A stretch of 64,000 bases of DNA, taken from NCBI RefSeq assembly GCF_009914755.1, contig NC_060947.1. The stretch is one strand, 5' to 3'. The position numbers were made by a program, and so were the translations under genes. The notes under the pieces are model-generated. The model had not been told where the DNA came from, ran no database searches, and saw only the letters and a list, made by a program, of their open reading frames with translations. Positions within the stretch are counted from its first letter, which is position 1; every line of letters begins with the position of its first letter. The DNA comes from the human T2T-CHM13v2.0 reference genome, Homo sapiens. Below, piece after piece: positions 48,051 to 62,830 of the stretch.

Positions 48051-48688
48051 GATCCATTAATACGGAGAACAGCTAAGAAACATGTCCACCACAATGGCCC
48101 CAGTAAGAAGCAGAACCTGACCCAGGTCTCTGACTCATAGCTCGAGACACATTCAAGCTCCCCAGACTCTTACTTACAATTCACTACACTGCTCATAGAA
48201 ATATTTTCCATTTGGTAAAAGACCAAATGTTGACTTGGCGACATTGAGTAGAAATTCTGAGATGAATTCAGAGAAAGGAAAGGTGACCCATCAAAAAAAG
48301 TATCCTTCAAATGCCCACTGCAAGAATGAAGATTCCAGAGAGATCTTTACACCTCTTTTCTATTTCTCAGTGCAGTGGCACCTCTGCAGTGCCAGTTGAT
48401 CTTGGCAGCCATCTGGTTGGATAAACTTGTCTGCAGTTTTTCTACCCGGTGGCTCTAATCCCATCCAAGTAAAACACTGCAAGAGCTCACATTCTTGGCT
48501 TGGCATGTGGGCATGATATGTCATAAATTTCAAAATTCGAGGATGACCCTGTTGATCCAGGATCTTCTTTGGCATGAAGATTAATCTTGCTGTGAAAGCT
48601 TAAAGGAAGATCACCATTCGAGTCTTGGTTCTTTCTGTTTTGCTCTGTGTTCATGGCTCCCAAATGGTCCCCAATCTTATTTTTCTAA

Positions 48689-48912
48689 GTAGTGGCTTTT
48701 AACCAGGGGAGATTTTTACCTCCCAGGGGCTTTTGGCAATGTCTGGAGACATTTTTAATTGTCACCACAGGAGTGGGGGCCAAGGGGGATACTGGTATCT
48801 AGGGAGTAGAGGCCAAAGATGTCTATCAACATCCTATAATGTATAGAATAGCACCAACCACAGAGAATCATCCAGCCTCAGATGTCAGTAGTGCTCAGTT
48901 AGAGAAACCCTG
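48689..48912 (+). mobile_element. MER20
   Basis: agtggcttttaaccagggggagatttt...gcaatgtctggagacattttt...gagaaaccctg. Confidence 0.88.
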
Positions 48913-49480
48913 GGCTTTTGCATGAGAAACTCTATCTAACAATGTATCATCTATCCTTATCAACCTATTATCTATCATCTGTCTATTCATCTGTATCTAT
49001 CTATCTATCTATCCATCCATCCATCCATCCACATCCACATCCAAATCCACATCCACATATAACTCCTGGGCTCAAGCAATCTTCCTACCTCAGCCTCCTG
49101 AGTAGTTAGGACTACAGGCATGCACCACAACGTCCAGCTAATTTTTTCATTTTCTGTAGAGACAGGGTCTTACTAGGTTGCCTAGCTCAAGTTTTATAAA
49201 TTGTAATGGAATTGTGAAGCCCATATAACAATGACCAAAGTAGATACTGATAAAGAGAACTCTACACATGATTAAGTGGTTTTATTTCTGGGATATGTTT
49301 AAGACTTATTTTCATTGTCACAAATGCTGTAACATTTACAATATGAAACATGACAATATTAACATATTATAATATTAAATTTTTTTTAAATAAACCATTT
49401 AAAATATTGACTAATTCAAATTTGAAAGGCTAACCAAACCCCTCAAAAAGATATAAATTTTTAAAAACTGAGCCATCAAA

Positions 49481-49810
<330 letters not shown>

Positions 49811-50041
49811 TCATTCCGCCTGTCTAGAAAGAGTACATCTTATTACTATCTTTGGAGCCTAGAATGAGGATGATCTGTCATCACTTAAAGAACACATTTA
49901 AAGAGCAGAAAACTAAGCTAAACTTCAGTGAAGATAAAAGGATGGAAAACGTTAGGCCAAATCAGGTCAAGAGTAAGAAAATAAAGATATGGGATCAAGA
50001 TACAGGCAAATGGTTAAAATGGCAGGTTCTCCTACATTTTC

Positions 50042-51015
50042 TGTGAACCCTGAAGGAGTCAGTGCTTCAAGGTGGATCCCAAGTCACTCAATGGGACTAA
50101 ATTCAAAACAGGGTCAAGCAGCCATTTGCTGACAAGAGCTCACACATGTGCTCTAAGTTCCTGGAAAACCCAAACATTCTTACAACTTTGAGACTTTCAC
50201 AACTGTCAATTCCTATCCATGCAGCCTGAATCAATCAATAGACTGTGATCTGTGTCAACCCATCAGAATTCAACAAGCATCAACTAGTCAGAACTCGGTA
50301 AGTGTCAACCAGTTAGAACCCAACAAGTGTCAAACAGTCAGAGCTCATCGGGGGTCGACCCATCAGAACTCAACAAGTGTTGACTCATCAGAACCCAAGT
50401 GCCAAACTCATCAGAACTCAACAAGTGCCCACCAGTCAGAACCCAATAAGTGTCAACCCATCAGAACTCAACAAGTGTCCGCCTATCAGAACTCAATGAG
50501 CATCAGCCCATGAGAGTCCAACAAGTGTCAAACAGTCAGAACTCAATGAGCATCAACCAGTTAGATAGAACCCAGTGAATACCAACCCATCAGAACTCAA
50601 CAAGCACCAACTAATCAGAACTCAACAAGTGTCAACCAGTCAGAACTAAACAAGCATCAACCAGTCAGAATTCAACAAGCATAAACCCATCAGGACCCAA
50701 CAAGTGTCAACCAGTCTGAACTCAACAAGCATCAACCCCTCAGAATCCAATGAGTGTCAACCAGTCAGAACTCAACAAGCAGCAACCAATCAGAACTAAA
50801 CAAGTTTGCATTCCTCAGTTGCCTAGCAGACCAGTGGGAACCTTGGGCAGGAACTCTACTAAAAAAAAAAAAAAAAAAAAAAGAAAGAAAGAAAGAAAGA
50901 AAAAACCCTCTCTTTGCTCTCCAGAACTGTATCTCTCTAGTTTGCAAACTATTCCCTGGAATAGTTTCTCTTGCCATTTTTAAAAGAAAACCCTTTTCAG
51001 TACATTTTGTTGACA
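50042..51015 (+). mobile_element. Old ERV1-type LTR (family uncertain) containing a minisatellite
   Basis: TG...CA ends; LTR-like tgaaggagtcagtgcttcaag...gcagccatttgctgac; no clean TSD. Confidence 0.55.
50252..50803 (+). repeat. 25-bp minisatellite, 22 units, consensus G(TG/CA)TCAACC(CA/AG)TCAGAACTCAACAA
   Basis: units parsed by eye; 19 of 22 are 25 bp. Confidence 0.93.
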
Positions 51016-53029
51016 CTTTGTTACTGAGACAAGATGAATTCATAAGCCCACAAAAACTAAAACTCTGATAAGAAATAGTTAAGAGTTAGACACATGCAAT
51101 TCCACCAACATTTCTTTCCCCTTGGAAAAGAGAACACACAAACCTATCCAGAACTCCAACGTCCACCCAGATCTTCCATGAGAGTTGGAAGTCTCTCAAA
51201 TGGACTGGCTACAGAGTCATCGGCCGCCAGAAGCTTACACAGATATTCCACTGCCGTTAGGAAAAGAGAATCCATCCAACTGGCATCGCAAACTAGCTCA
51301 TAAAAAGTAATGGCAACCTGTAATATCAACGGCACTTTGGGCCCAGCAGTTGTTTTTAAAAAAAAAAAAAAAAAAAAAGACCTAAGAAGTTGGACCAACT
51401 AGTTGTCAATGTACAAATTTACAAAGTCTAGAAACAGGGGCCGGAGAAAAGAAAATCATACTCACATAATGCCAGAATACTATTATTCTAATAAATGTAC
51501 TGCAAAATGCATATCTTAGCCAGAAAGCTGCTGTGTGCCATATTAAACAATGGAAATGAAATGGTTTTGAGTTTTTAATTCACAGATGTCATGAGAAAGC
51601 AAGCAACAAGTTTCCTCTCAAGACTAGCTGGCATTTGCTCCCTTGTGAAATCACCAATATTGAGTCCCGTTTTAATGTGGAAAAGCAGAGAGATACGGAG
51701 TGCAGAGCTGTCACTTTTTTTTAATAGAAAAGTGCTTTTCAAACACTAAGCAAGACCCAAGAAAGGACCATGGATTCAGTTTTGCAGGTCTCTACTCGTA
51801 TTCAAAATAATTTGAAATGAAACAGTGCTCTGTGTAACCATGATTAATAAATTCATATCTGATAACCCTGTTTCTACACTATTAATATTGTTAAGTTTGG
51901 ATTGTCTTGTTCAGCTGTAGTTTTAGGGGCGTGTGTGCGTTTGCATGTATGTGAGTCCGGATGGTTCTGTAAAATATGCACAATATATTTCTCATTGTGG
52001 CCACAGTAAAGGTATGAAAAATAGGAGCTTGGAGAATGTCTTGTTAAGCACCCATTATTTTAAAGGTTATATTCTTGAAAGAAGCAGAAGTTTCCCATGT
52101 TGGATTGTTACCAGATACTTTTCTTAGAAAAAAGGTAGAGTGGGGTTGGGTGGGAAAAAGAAAAATCCCAAGAAAAAAGAAAAGGCGTCTAAACATCTGT
52201 CCACAGTGAAATGGATACTTCTACTGTATCCTGTACTGACTACCGCAGCTGACTTTCACAAATAACGAATGATGTACCTTCTCCAGGGCCAGCTTTTTCC
52301 AGCTCTAGATGTTCAGGCATTCTGGTCATTATTCATCAGTTCAATTAAAAACAAGCCCAGTGTAAAATAACAAGAACTCTGAACTCTGTAGACCAAATTA
52401 CCTTTCTTCATTCCTCACTTACTGGAATGACATCATTTTTTAAACTTTGCCTTTTGTAGATTTTTTTTTTTCCTTTTTTCAAGGCACTCATTTTAAAACG
52501 GCCTCCGCACAATTCCTGATTCATTATGAATTGTTTTTCAGCCAGTGGGTTTCCGAGACATTGCCCCCAAGGGGATTTTAAAAGCTGAGTATGCAGCCGG
52601 CTCAAAGCCAGACATTTATAACTAGATATGAAAGCATGAATCTATTCTCCGTGATGTCCTTGAGAACTAAAAATGTTTCAGATGAAAGTTAAGACCCAGG
52701 TGTGCAGACCTGTGTCTTCTCTGATTTTTGGAGTAGGGGGTGGTTGACGGTGGTTCCCAGGGACTGAGAAGAAGGGGGGACAATAGGGACTTGCTGTTTG
52801 ATGGGTGTAAAGTTTCAGTCATGTAAAATAAAAAGTTCTGGAGATCTGCTGGACAAGACAGAGCTCATGGGGAACAATGTGGATTAAACACGTAAAAATT
52901 TAACAGGGTAGATGTCATGTTTTGGTTTTTATCAGAATTTTAACAATTGAATTGTAGCTTTACATGTGTAGAAAATGGTCTCTTTCATGGACTTCTCAAA
53001 GGTAGCTTGCCTAGTAAAATAAATTTGCA

Positions 53030-54195
<1,166 letters not shown>

Positions 54196-54384
54196 TTTGA
54201 TCCACAGAAGGGTTGATGGACTAGTTTTAGTACATCATGGTTTTCTGCCTTATAACAAAACATCGAATTTCCAGTTCCCTCATCAATATACTCATGGGAG
54301 GTCTTCAGCATTTGATGGTTTTAACTGGCATCCAATATTTTTGTCAGAAAATACAGAATGCTGTTCTTTAATAAATGTCTAAGT

Positions 54385-54825
54385 ATTTATATAAAATAAA
54401 TATATAAAAATTCTATACATTATACTAAACATATAAATATATATTATATAAATCATATTATATATACATTATATATATATTATACACCTATACTATATAT
54501 TATAGTATACTTATTATGTATAATATGTAGATATATTAAAGTCCTGTATATGAATATAGTACATGCATATATTCATATACAGCACTTTAATATATAGTAC
54601 TTTAATATATATTGTGTATATATTGTATGTTAATGTAACATATTCATATATTGTATATATTAAATTTAATATACATGTATTGCATAAATACATTAAAAAT
54701 ATATATTACATAAATTATATTAATGTATTTATTACATTAATATGTAATAAATATACATTAATCTATTTACATATTATAGTCATATATTTATTCTGTTATG
54801 CTTATGTAACACATATTTATTATTG
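54385..54825. repeat. AT-rich low-complexity tract
   Basis: degenerate TA repeats. Confidence 0.9.
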
Positions 54826-55064
54826 AAGTGTTGTTTAGCGCCTTGGTGTGAGCAGGAGCAGATGGAATGGAAACCTTAGCTCTGTGATTTTGTTTTCTGC
54901 TGAGTTCTCGTGTCAACAGCTTTGTCTTTTAGCAGTGGTTAGAGTGGGCAGGTGTCCCACGCGTTGCAGTATTTGAAGGATTGAAGGATAACTTTGTTGC
55001 ACACACATTTAACAGTGTGCATGTCACTGCCCACAGAAAACGGGTGCTCCCCATACTGCAGTTC

Positions 55065-55370
55065 CTCACACCTGCAGTCCCAGCGCTTTGCAGGGCCAAG
55101 GTGGGAGGATTGCTTGAGGCCAGGAGTTTGAGATCAGCCCGGGCAACATACGGAGACCTCATCTCTACAAAATAAAAATAAAAAATAAATTAATTGGGTG
55201 TGGTGGCGCACACCTGTAGTCCCAGCTACTCAGGAGGCTGAGGTGGGAGGATCGCTTGAGAGAAGGACTTCGAGGCTGCAGTGAGCTGCGATTGCACCAG
55301 GGTACTCCAGCCTGGGCAACAGAGGGAGACTCTGCCGCAAAACAAAGCAAAACAAAACAGAACAAAAAAC
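55065..55370 (+). mobile_element. AluJ, slightly 5'-truncated
   Basis: Alu dimer with a CAAAA tail. Confidence 0.9.
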
Positions 55371-56127
55371 TCCAGCAATTCCTGTCCATCTCTGCAAAGC
55401 GATACCCGAGACAGCCTCTTGTTAAGATGAGGGGGTCCACCTAACTATGATTTTCCTTCATACCCTCGGAAGAAGGTTATCTGATCCTTTCAATAAGTAT
55501 ACAAGATGAGCCTGACTCCTAGGAAAGTCAGAGAGCTCCAACAGGGTGTGGCTAAATATTAATACATATCTATGACACATAACTGACACAACCCTGGACA
55601 ATCTCTAGCGATCTTACCCCAAAGTACAAAGCATGTTTGTTCTGCTGAAGGGGTTCAAGACCCCTCCCCTAGCCTTCCAACACACACACACTCCGTATCC
55701 TTTCCCAAATCAGACTGTCACTCACCAAGAACCTACGCTACAGAAACTCCCGAGTGGTCCCTGAACCAGACCCTGAACAGCCATACCAGCCCACGGGAAG
55801 ACTCCCTTCCCCAGGGAATTCCAAGATGGGACCAGGGACAGCTTGGTCATAAGTAAACAGGCCTGTGTTTGACCCTTAGCTGGGTGTAATATTTCAGCCT
55901 CTGCTAATAGCAAGTGCTATGTGAGTGTCAAAAATTACAAATCAATTGATTTTACAATGTACGAAGTCAGGATGTTTTTAGCAAGCTGCGAATGTCACTC
56001 AGAAACCTGGGTGTCAAATATGTGAGTAATAAGAGTAAGCAATAAAATATTTTATTCATTCATGATGATGAGGGCAGCACATTTTTAACAACCTGTGAAG
56101 CCAATCTGCAAAGTCAACATCACACTA

Positions 56128-56640
56128 CAACAGGAATCAGCAAATGCTGGCCCTTGGACTAAATCCGGCCCTCTGATTATTTTTGTCAATAAAACCTCAC
56201 TGGAGCACAGCCATGCCCACTTGTTTACGTATTGTCTATGGGGCTTTTTGATTTTTGTTTTTTTAAGAGTCAGGTTCTTGTTCTGTCACCCAGGCTGGAG
56301 GGCATTGGCACAATTACAGCTCAAAGCAGGCTCAAACTCCTGGGCTCAAGTGACCCTCCCACCTCAGCCTCCTGAGCAATCCCAGGCTCGTGCTACCACT
56401 ACTGACAGATTTTTCTAATTTTTGTAGAGATCGGGTCTTGCTACATTGCAGGCTGGTCTCAAACTCCTGGGCTCAAGCGATCCTCCTGCCTTGGTCTCCC
56501 AAAGCACTGGAATTACAAGCGTGCACCTCCGTGCCTAATTATAGCAGCTTTTTTGCACTCTGTGCAACAGAGACTGTGTGTCCCACAATGCAGAAAATAT
56601 CTGCCATGTGGCCCCTACAGATAATTGCCCATCCCTCGAT
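56128..56640. mobile_element. MER58-like element with an antisense AluJ (56245-56537)
   Basis: aaatccggccct...ggagcacagccatgcccacttgtttacgtattgtctatgg...gcaacagagactg. Confidence 0.75.
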
Positions 56641-56717
56641 TAGACCAAAGGAGAAAAGCCACAGCTTGTTTGGAGACAGAAGCAGATGAAACTCAGACTT
56701 CTGAAAAGATACAAAGT

Positions 56718-56723
56718 TTTATT
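56718..56723 (-). terminator. Polyadenylation signal AATAAA
   Basis: Minus strand TTTAATAAAACTTTGTATCTTTTCA, then GTCTGAGTTTCATCTGCTTCTGTCT. Confidence 0.75.
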
Positions 56724-57340
56724 AAACAAACCTGGAATCAACAGTATTATTACATAAATTAGACAGCAGTAAAATTTTCCTAGGGCATATGTACAAATCA
56801 CAGTGATTTCCATTGTGCAACAAACAGACAGGATTAAAAATAGGCACTCCCCTCCCCGACCCCCCATGAGAAGGGGTCACCCCGCGGGGTTCCCAGTTCT
56901 GGCTCGCCAAGGGGTGCACAAACCTGCCAAGGCACTCTGCCTGTGTGCGCGGCATCCAGCGGCAGTGACAGGGGCCCCAGAAGCACGTTGGCAACATGGT
57001 GAGGCTGCCCAGTGTTCAGCGCAAAGAAAGAATTCAGCTACGACAGTTGAGCAGAGCTCAACAGCCATCTCAGAGCACAAGGACTGTGGAAAGGCTTCAA
57101 GTCTCATCTGCTAAAACACAATTGTAATGCCTTTTACATACAGAACAGACGTGTCCACCATGGAAGATCAAACTAAGCCTCAACAGAACTTCCCAACACA
57201 CGATAATTTACAGAAAACCATGACAGAGCATCCCTGCTATTAGGAAGGGACTGTTCTGCGGGGTGCAAGGCCATAAGGTTTGCAAAGCAAACTTGATTAT
57301 GAAAAGGCTTGGTGAAAATACAGCCCCTCACCTTCACCAA

Positions 57341-57341
<1 letters not shown>

Positions 57342-57380
<39 letters not shown>
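57342..57380. repeat. (CA)n microsatellite
   Basis: about 19 units. Confidence 0.97.
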
Positions 57381-57383
<3 letters not shown>

Positions 57384-58548
57384 CGCAAAGAAACTATCCA
57401 AATGCATTAAGACACCTGTTCGTGTGCTTTTCTTCTTGCTTTTGTTAAGTGAATCCCATCCGTTTAAGTTAGACTAATTAGAAGGCCTGCTTGCCTCCAT
57501 CAGCAACAGAAAAACAGTGCATACGACTCCTCCAATGTGTGTAAAATGCATGCTAGGTAGATTGAAGGAAAAACGAGAGGAACCCGGGCACCCCATTTCA
57601 AATCTCTACAACTGGAGAAATCAAAGGCTGCAAGGACTGTGTAGACCTGATGCAAAGTTAACTGGCTGCAAAAATACAACCCAAGCCAGTGCTGTCTTGC
57701 ACCCTGTTCACTCAGTAGCTGGAGCAATGAATGATTGTGACATTCTGGTGGGGTATTTGTGCAGCCTGAGGTGCACCTGGCTACAGAGTGGAGCCTTGGG
57801 GTCTTTAACAGTATTAAGCCATAGTTTCACAGTTACAATGGTCCAAAGAATTAGAGGCCATGTAGGTCAAACACAGAAATGGCGAACACATCCCAAACCA
57901 CTCAACTGTTTAGTTCCACTGGTGATTTTTTTTAATGGACAGTGATTTCAAATGATTTGGTGTTTTTGTTCTTGTTTTTGCTTTTTCTTCAAAGCAAACA
58001 AATGATTTGGTCTTTAAGTATGGACAGAAAGAAACAAAACGCTGAATGGGAAATTCAGTAACAAGTGATTGTGCAGTTGTTTGATGGGCATGGAGAGGGA
58101 GTGGGGCTGAGCTGCATTTTGAGGGGATGAAGCGCGCAATCTTACCCCACTGCTGGGGGGTTTCTGCTTCTTATTCTATCATGCTGACAGCAAATATAAT
58201 TTGCCCATCGCTGGCTATAGATATGTTTAGGCTAAGCAGGATTTAGACTTCTGTTGCGAAGGAATTAGAAGAATTCAGTAGAGACAGTGTATACTATTTG
58301 GTTGTGACTTTATTTCCTTCCTGGCTTTATCAATGCCTATGAAAGCAGGCCGGTGGCATTTCCCTTCAGAAAAACAAGACTTGCCCCAATACACTTCTTC
58401 TTGTAACATATCCATGTCCTATTCTCTTAGAGTATTCCAATTTAAGAAAATATTGCCAACTCGTAAAATTACATGAAGCAAAGTAAATTTGTAATGTTTT
58501 TCTGATACAAATGTTGTGATTATGGTAATGAATTTTCCTCCACATTTT

Positions 58549-59008
<460 letters not shown>

Positions 59009-59576
59009 TAAAATTATACAGTGATTGCTCCATGTTTATAGCTCATTTTGATTAAATTAACCTCTACATGACATTGGGCCATTTAAACTATGACCCCGCC
59101 ATGGGCAGTTACCAGGTAGCTTGTGTCACTTCAAATGCTGAAATGTGTGTGATGGTCCAAAGTGGGTTTCACACCATCACACGTTCTTGGAATCGCTTCT
59201 AATTTCTCATTTGTTCTGTATGGCTGGAGGCTGATCACGACGTCTGTAAAGAACAAGGTCACCAATGTGCTTGCATATTTCATTTTCCTGCATATCAGTT
59301 CACAATTAAGGCATTTCAGGCTTTCCTGATGCTAATTCTCATCTGAGTATGAAATCCTGGATAATAAAACAGACAACCTAAAAATAGGCATATGGACTCA
59401 TGGATTTATGTACTTTTTAAAGTGTGCTCAAGTGTTTCATTTATGGTTTTATTAATAATTTTTAAAGTAGAATGTTCAATATTATTACTATGATTTATTT
59501 TTATAGTCAGCAAACATGAGACTTAAAAGCTTTTCCTTCTAGCTCCACATGTCGGTGCACAGTGTAACCTTTTCTT

Positions 59577-59686
59577 AAAAAAATATGGAATGCTGCATGA
59601 ATCTGCAGATCTTCCTCGCGCAGGGGGCCATGCTAATCTCCTCTGTGTCATTCCAATTTTAGTATACCTGCTGCCGAAGTCAGCAC
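59577..59686 (-). pseudogene. U6 snRNA retropseudogene inside the 3' UTR
   Basis: Minus strand GTGCTGACTTCGGCAGCAGGTATACTAAAATTGGAATGACACAGAGGAGATTAGCATGGCCCC...CCATATTTTTTT; degenerate TSD cagtgtaaccttttc / cagtttcaccttttc. Confidence 0.92.
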
Positions 59687-60001
59687 CAGTTTCACCTTTT
59701 CACATTCACGGTAAAACTGATGGGAAACCGCACGCTAAATGTTTAGGCAGCGATGGCCCTCAACTGTTAATCCCAACAGGATGGTGAGTGAGAAGCACAG
59801 GCTGAAAATAGAGTTGTCTAAAACATTTCCACATTTCACCATCTGAACATCATTTTCCACTGAGTTATTAATTGTAAAGAGTTTATTCTGCTGAACCTAC
59901 TAATTATTCTCACCTACTGAGTTGACCTCCACGTGAAGAAAAGGTCACTGATGAAAAAGGGTGGCTATGTTCTGTTTCTGTAATTTCACTGTTTTAACAT
60001 C

Positions 60002-60505
<504 letters not shown>

Positions 60506-60886
60506 TGAAATTTTTGAATGTGTCACAGAAGGTTTTTTTAAATACAGTACATTCCTCCAACAACTTCAATGTCATTGTAGATTCTTGGAATAAATTCGCT
60601 CCCATATCTTCCCCTCTTTGTTTCTTCTTTTAAAGTCTCAAGTTACCAGGTAAGAAGCACTAAAGATACTGAAGGTAGACCTCCCCATGATATTTTCTTC
60701 CCCAAAACTATAAAATGCATGTGAGATGATTTTTTTTAATGCATGCAACATACCCTTCAGATGTTGTCCCCGAGAAGAGATTTTTGAAAAAACAAATTGA
60801 AAAATAAAAATTATAGGCTCTGTAAAGTATGAACATTTACATCACTGCACAATTTCTGTGCATCTGCCATAATGACTTCTATATAT

Positions 60887-60895
60887 ACACACAGG

Positions 60896-60932
<37 letters not shown>
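60887..60932. repeat. (CA)n microsatellite
   Basis: visible. Confidence 0.95.
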
Positions 60933-60935
<3 letters not shown>

Positions 60936-61467
60936 TTGTGGTTATAATCGAACAAGTCCAGTTCAAACTTATAAACTTAAGTCTATGACAAAAACCAAGA
61001 CATCACAGTAGGAACACAACACTAAAGGATAAGATAAAATCTACAACCAAACAATTTTCAAAACCTTCCTACAGTGTGGAATTCCAGTTGCTTAAATAAT
61101 GCCAGTTCCATGAATTTCAACTGTGCTCTAATCTATTTCTATACACACAGGTACAGAGAAAAGTGGAGATGTCCTTATGCCGTGAAGAAGACATTTTGCT
61201 TCTGGTCTGCTTAGGTGCAGTTCTTTGTTCCAGGCAGATTCCAATCTTCCTGTTTCTAGCATGAAATAGGACAAAAGATTCTGTGAGTTGCTCAGTAACT
61301 GGATGAATTTTGTAATCATCATCTCAATGATAATACAAAGGTTTCCTTTCCCTAAGTGATAACAAAGAAAACCTCTCTTTGTAATTCTTTTTGCAAGGAT
61401 CCATAAGCCTGAATTCTAAAAGGAGAGGCCAATAAAAAGGAAATGAAGAATGTTTTAAAGGTAAGGG

Positions 61468-62066
61468 GTTTTTTTGGTTTGTTTGTTTGAGACGGAGTCT
61501 TGCTCTTGTTGCCCAGGCTGGAGTACAGTGGTGTGATCTCAGCTCACTGCAACCTCCGCCTCCATGTTCAAGTGATTCTCCTACCTCAGCCTCCTGAGTA
61601 GCTGGGGTTACAGGTGCCCGCCACCACGCCTGGGTAATTTTTGTATTTTTGGTAGAGATGGGATTTCACCATGTTTGCCAGGCTGGTCTCGAACTCCTGA
61701 CCTCAGATGATCCATGCGCCTCGGCCTCCCAAGGTGCTGGGATTACAGGCATGAGCCACCTCGCCCAGCCCTGTTTTCATTTTTGAGATGAGGTCTAACT
61801 CTGCCATCCAGGCCGGAGTACAGGCACAATCACGGCTCACTGCAGCCTCAACTTTCCAGGCCCAAGCGAGCCTCTCACCTCAGCCTCTAGAATAGCTGTG
61901 ACAATAGGTATGTATCACTACGCCTGGCTAACTTTTTTATTTTTTGTAGAGATGGGGGTCTCACTATGTTGCCCAGGCTTGATCTCAAACTCCTGACCTC
62001 AAGTGAGCCTCCCAACTCGGCCTCCCAAAGTGCCGGGATTACAGGTAGGAGCCACCACATCCAGCC
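61468..62066 (-). mobile_element. Tandem AluS (61468-61770) and AluJ (61772-62066)
   Basis: antisense Alu dimers. Confidence 0.92.
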
Positions 62067-62509
62067 TGAAGAATGTTCTATCATACGCTTATCCATAAAT
62101 AGATAAATGTATCCACCAATAGATGATGAACTGCACAAGAAAAATGGGATCCCCAATTCAACATGCTTCCTCAGAGAACCTTACAGCAAGACAGAAAATA
62201 TTTTATTACAAAGTAAAATAAAAGACATAGTGAGTCAGTTCTCTTAAATTCCTCCTCCACATTCAGAAAGGCATACAGGGTGATTCAAACAAAGATGAAC
62301 GGCTACAGCATAGTTTCTAAGCTGCCCTCAAGTGCAGTGATTCATCTGAACTGGTGTCTTATTTACAGGAGAAGATTTGGCTTCATGAAGAAATATCTTC
62401 CTGCATAAAATTCCTGCAACTAATCGCTCGTTGCTGAAAATGCCAGGGATGTGTTTGGTGTGCAAATTACTTGATAAAATTACTAAGACGGATTAAAATA
62501 TTGCATCTG

Positions 62510-62830
<321 letters not shown>

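Noticed and set aside
50252-50803. CRISPR-like array
   Set aside because: Contiguous tandem units without unique spacers, in primate DNA
51144-51398. 84-aa minus-strand ORF or exon in unique sequence
   Set aside because: Non-ATG start, runs through a poly(T) tract, weak donor, no recognisable product
60636-60649. Possible + strand microexon (pyrimidine tract-AG...CAG|GTAAGA)
   Set aside because: Antisense to the inferred 3' UTR, no partner exons, plausible by chance
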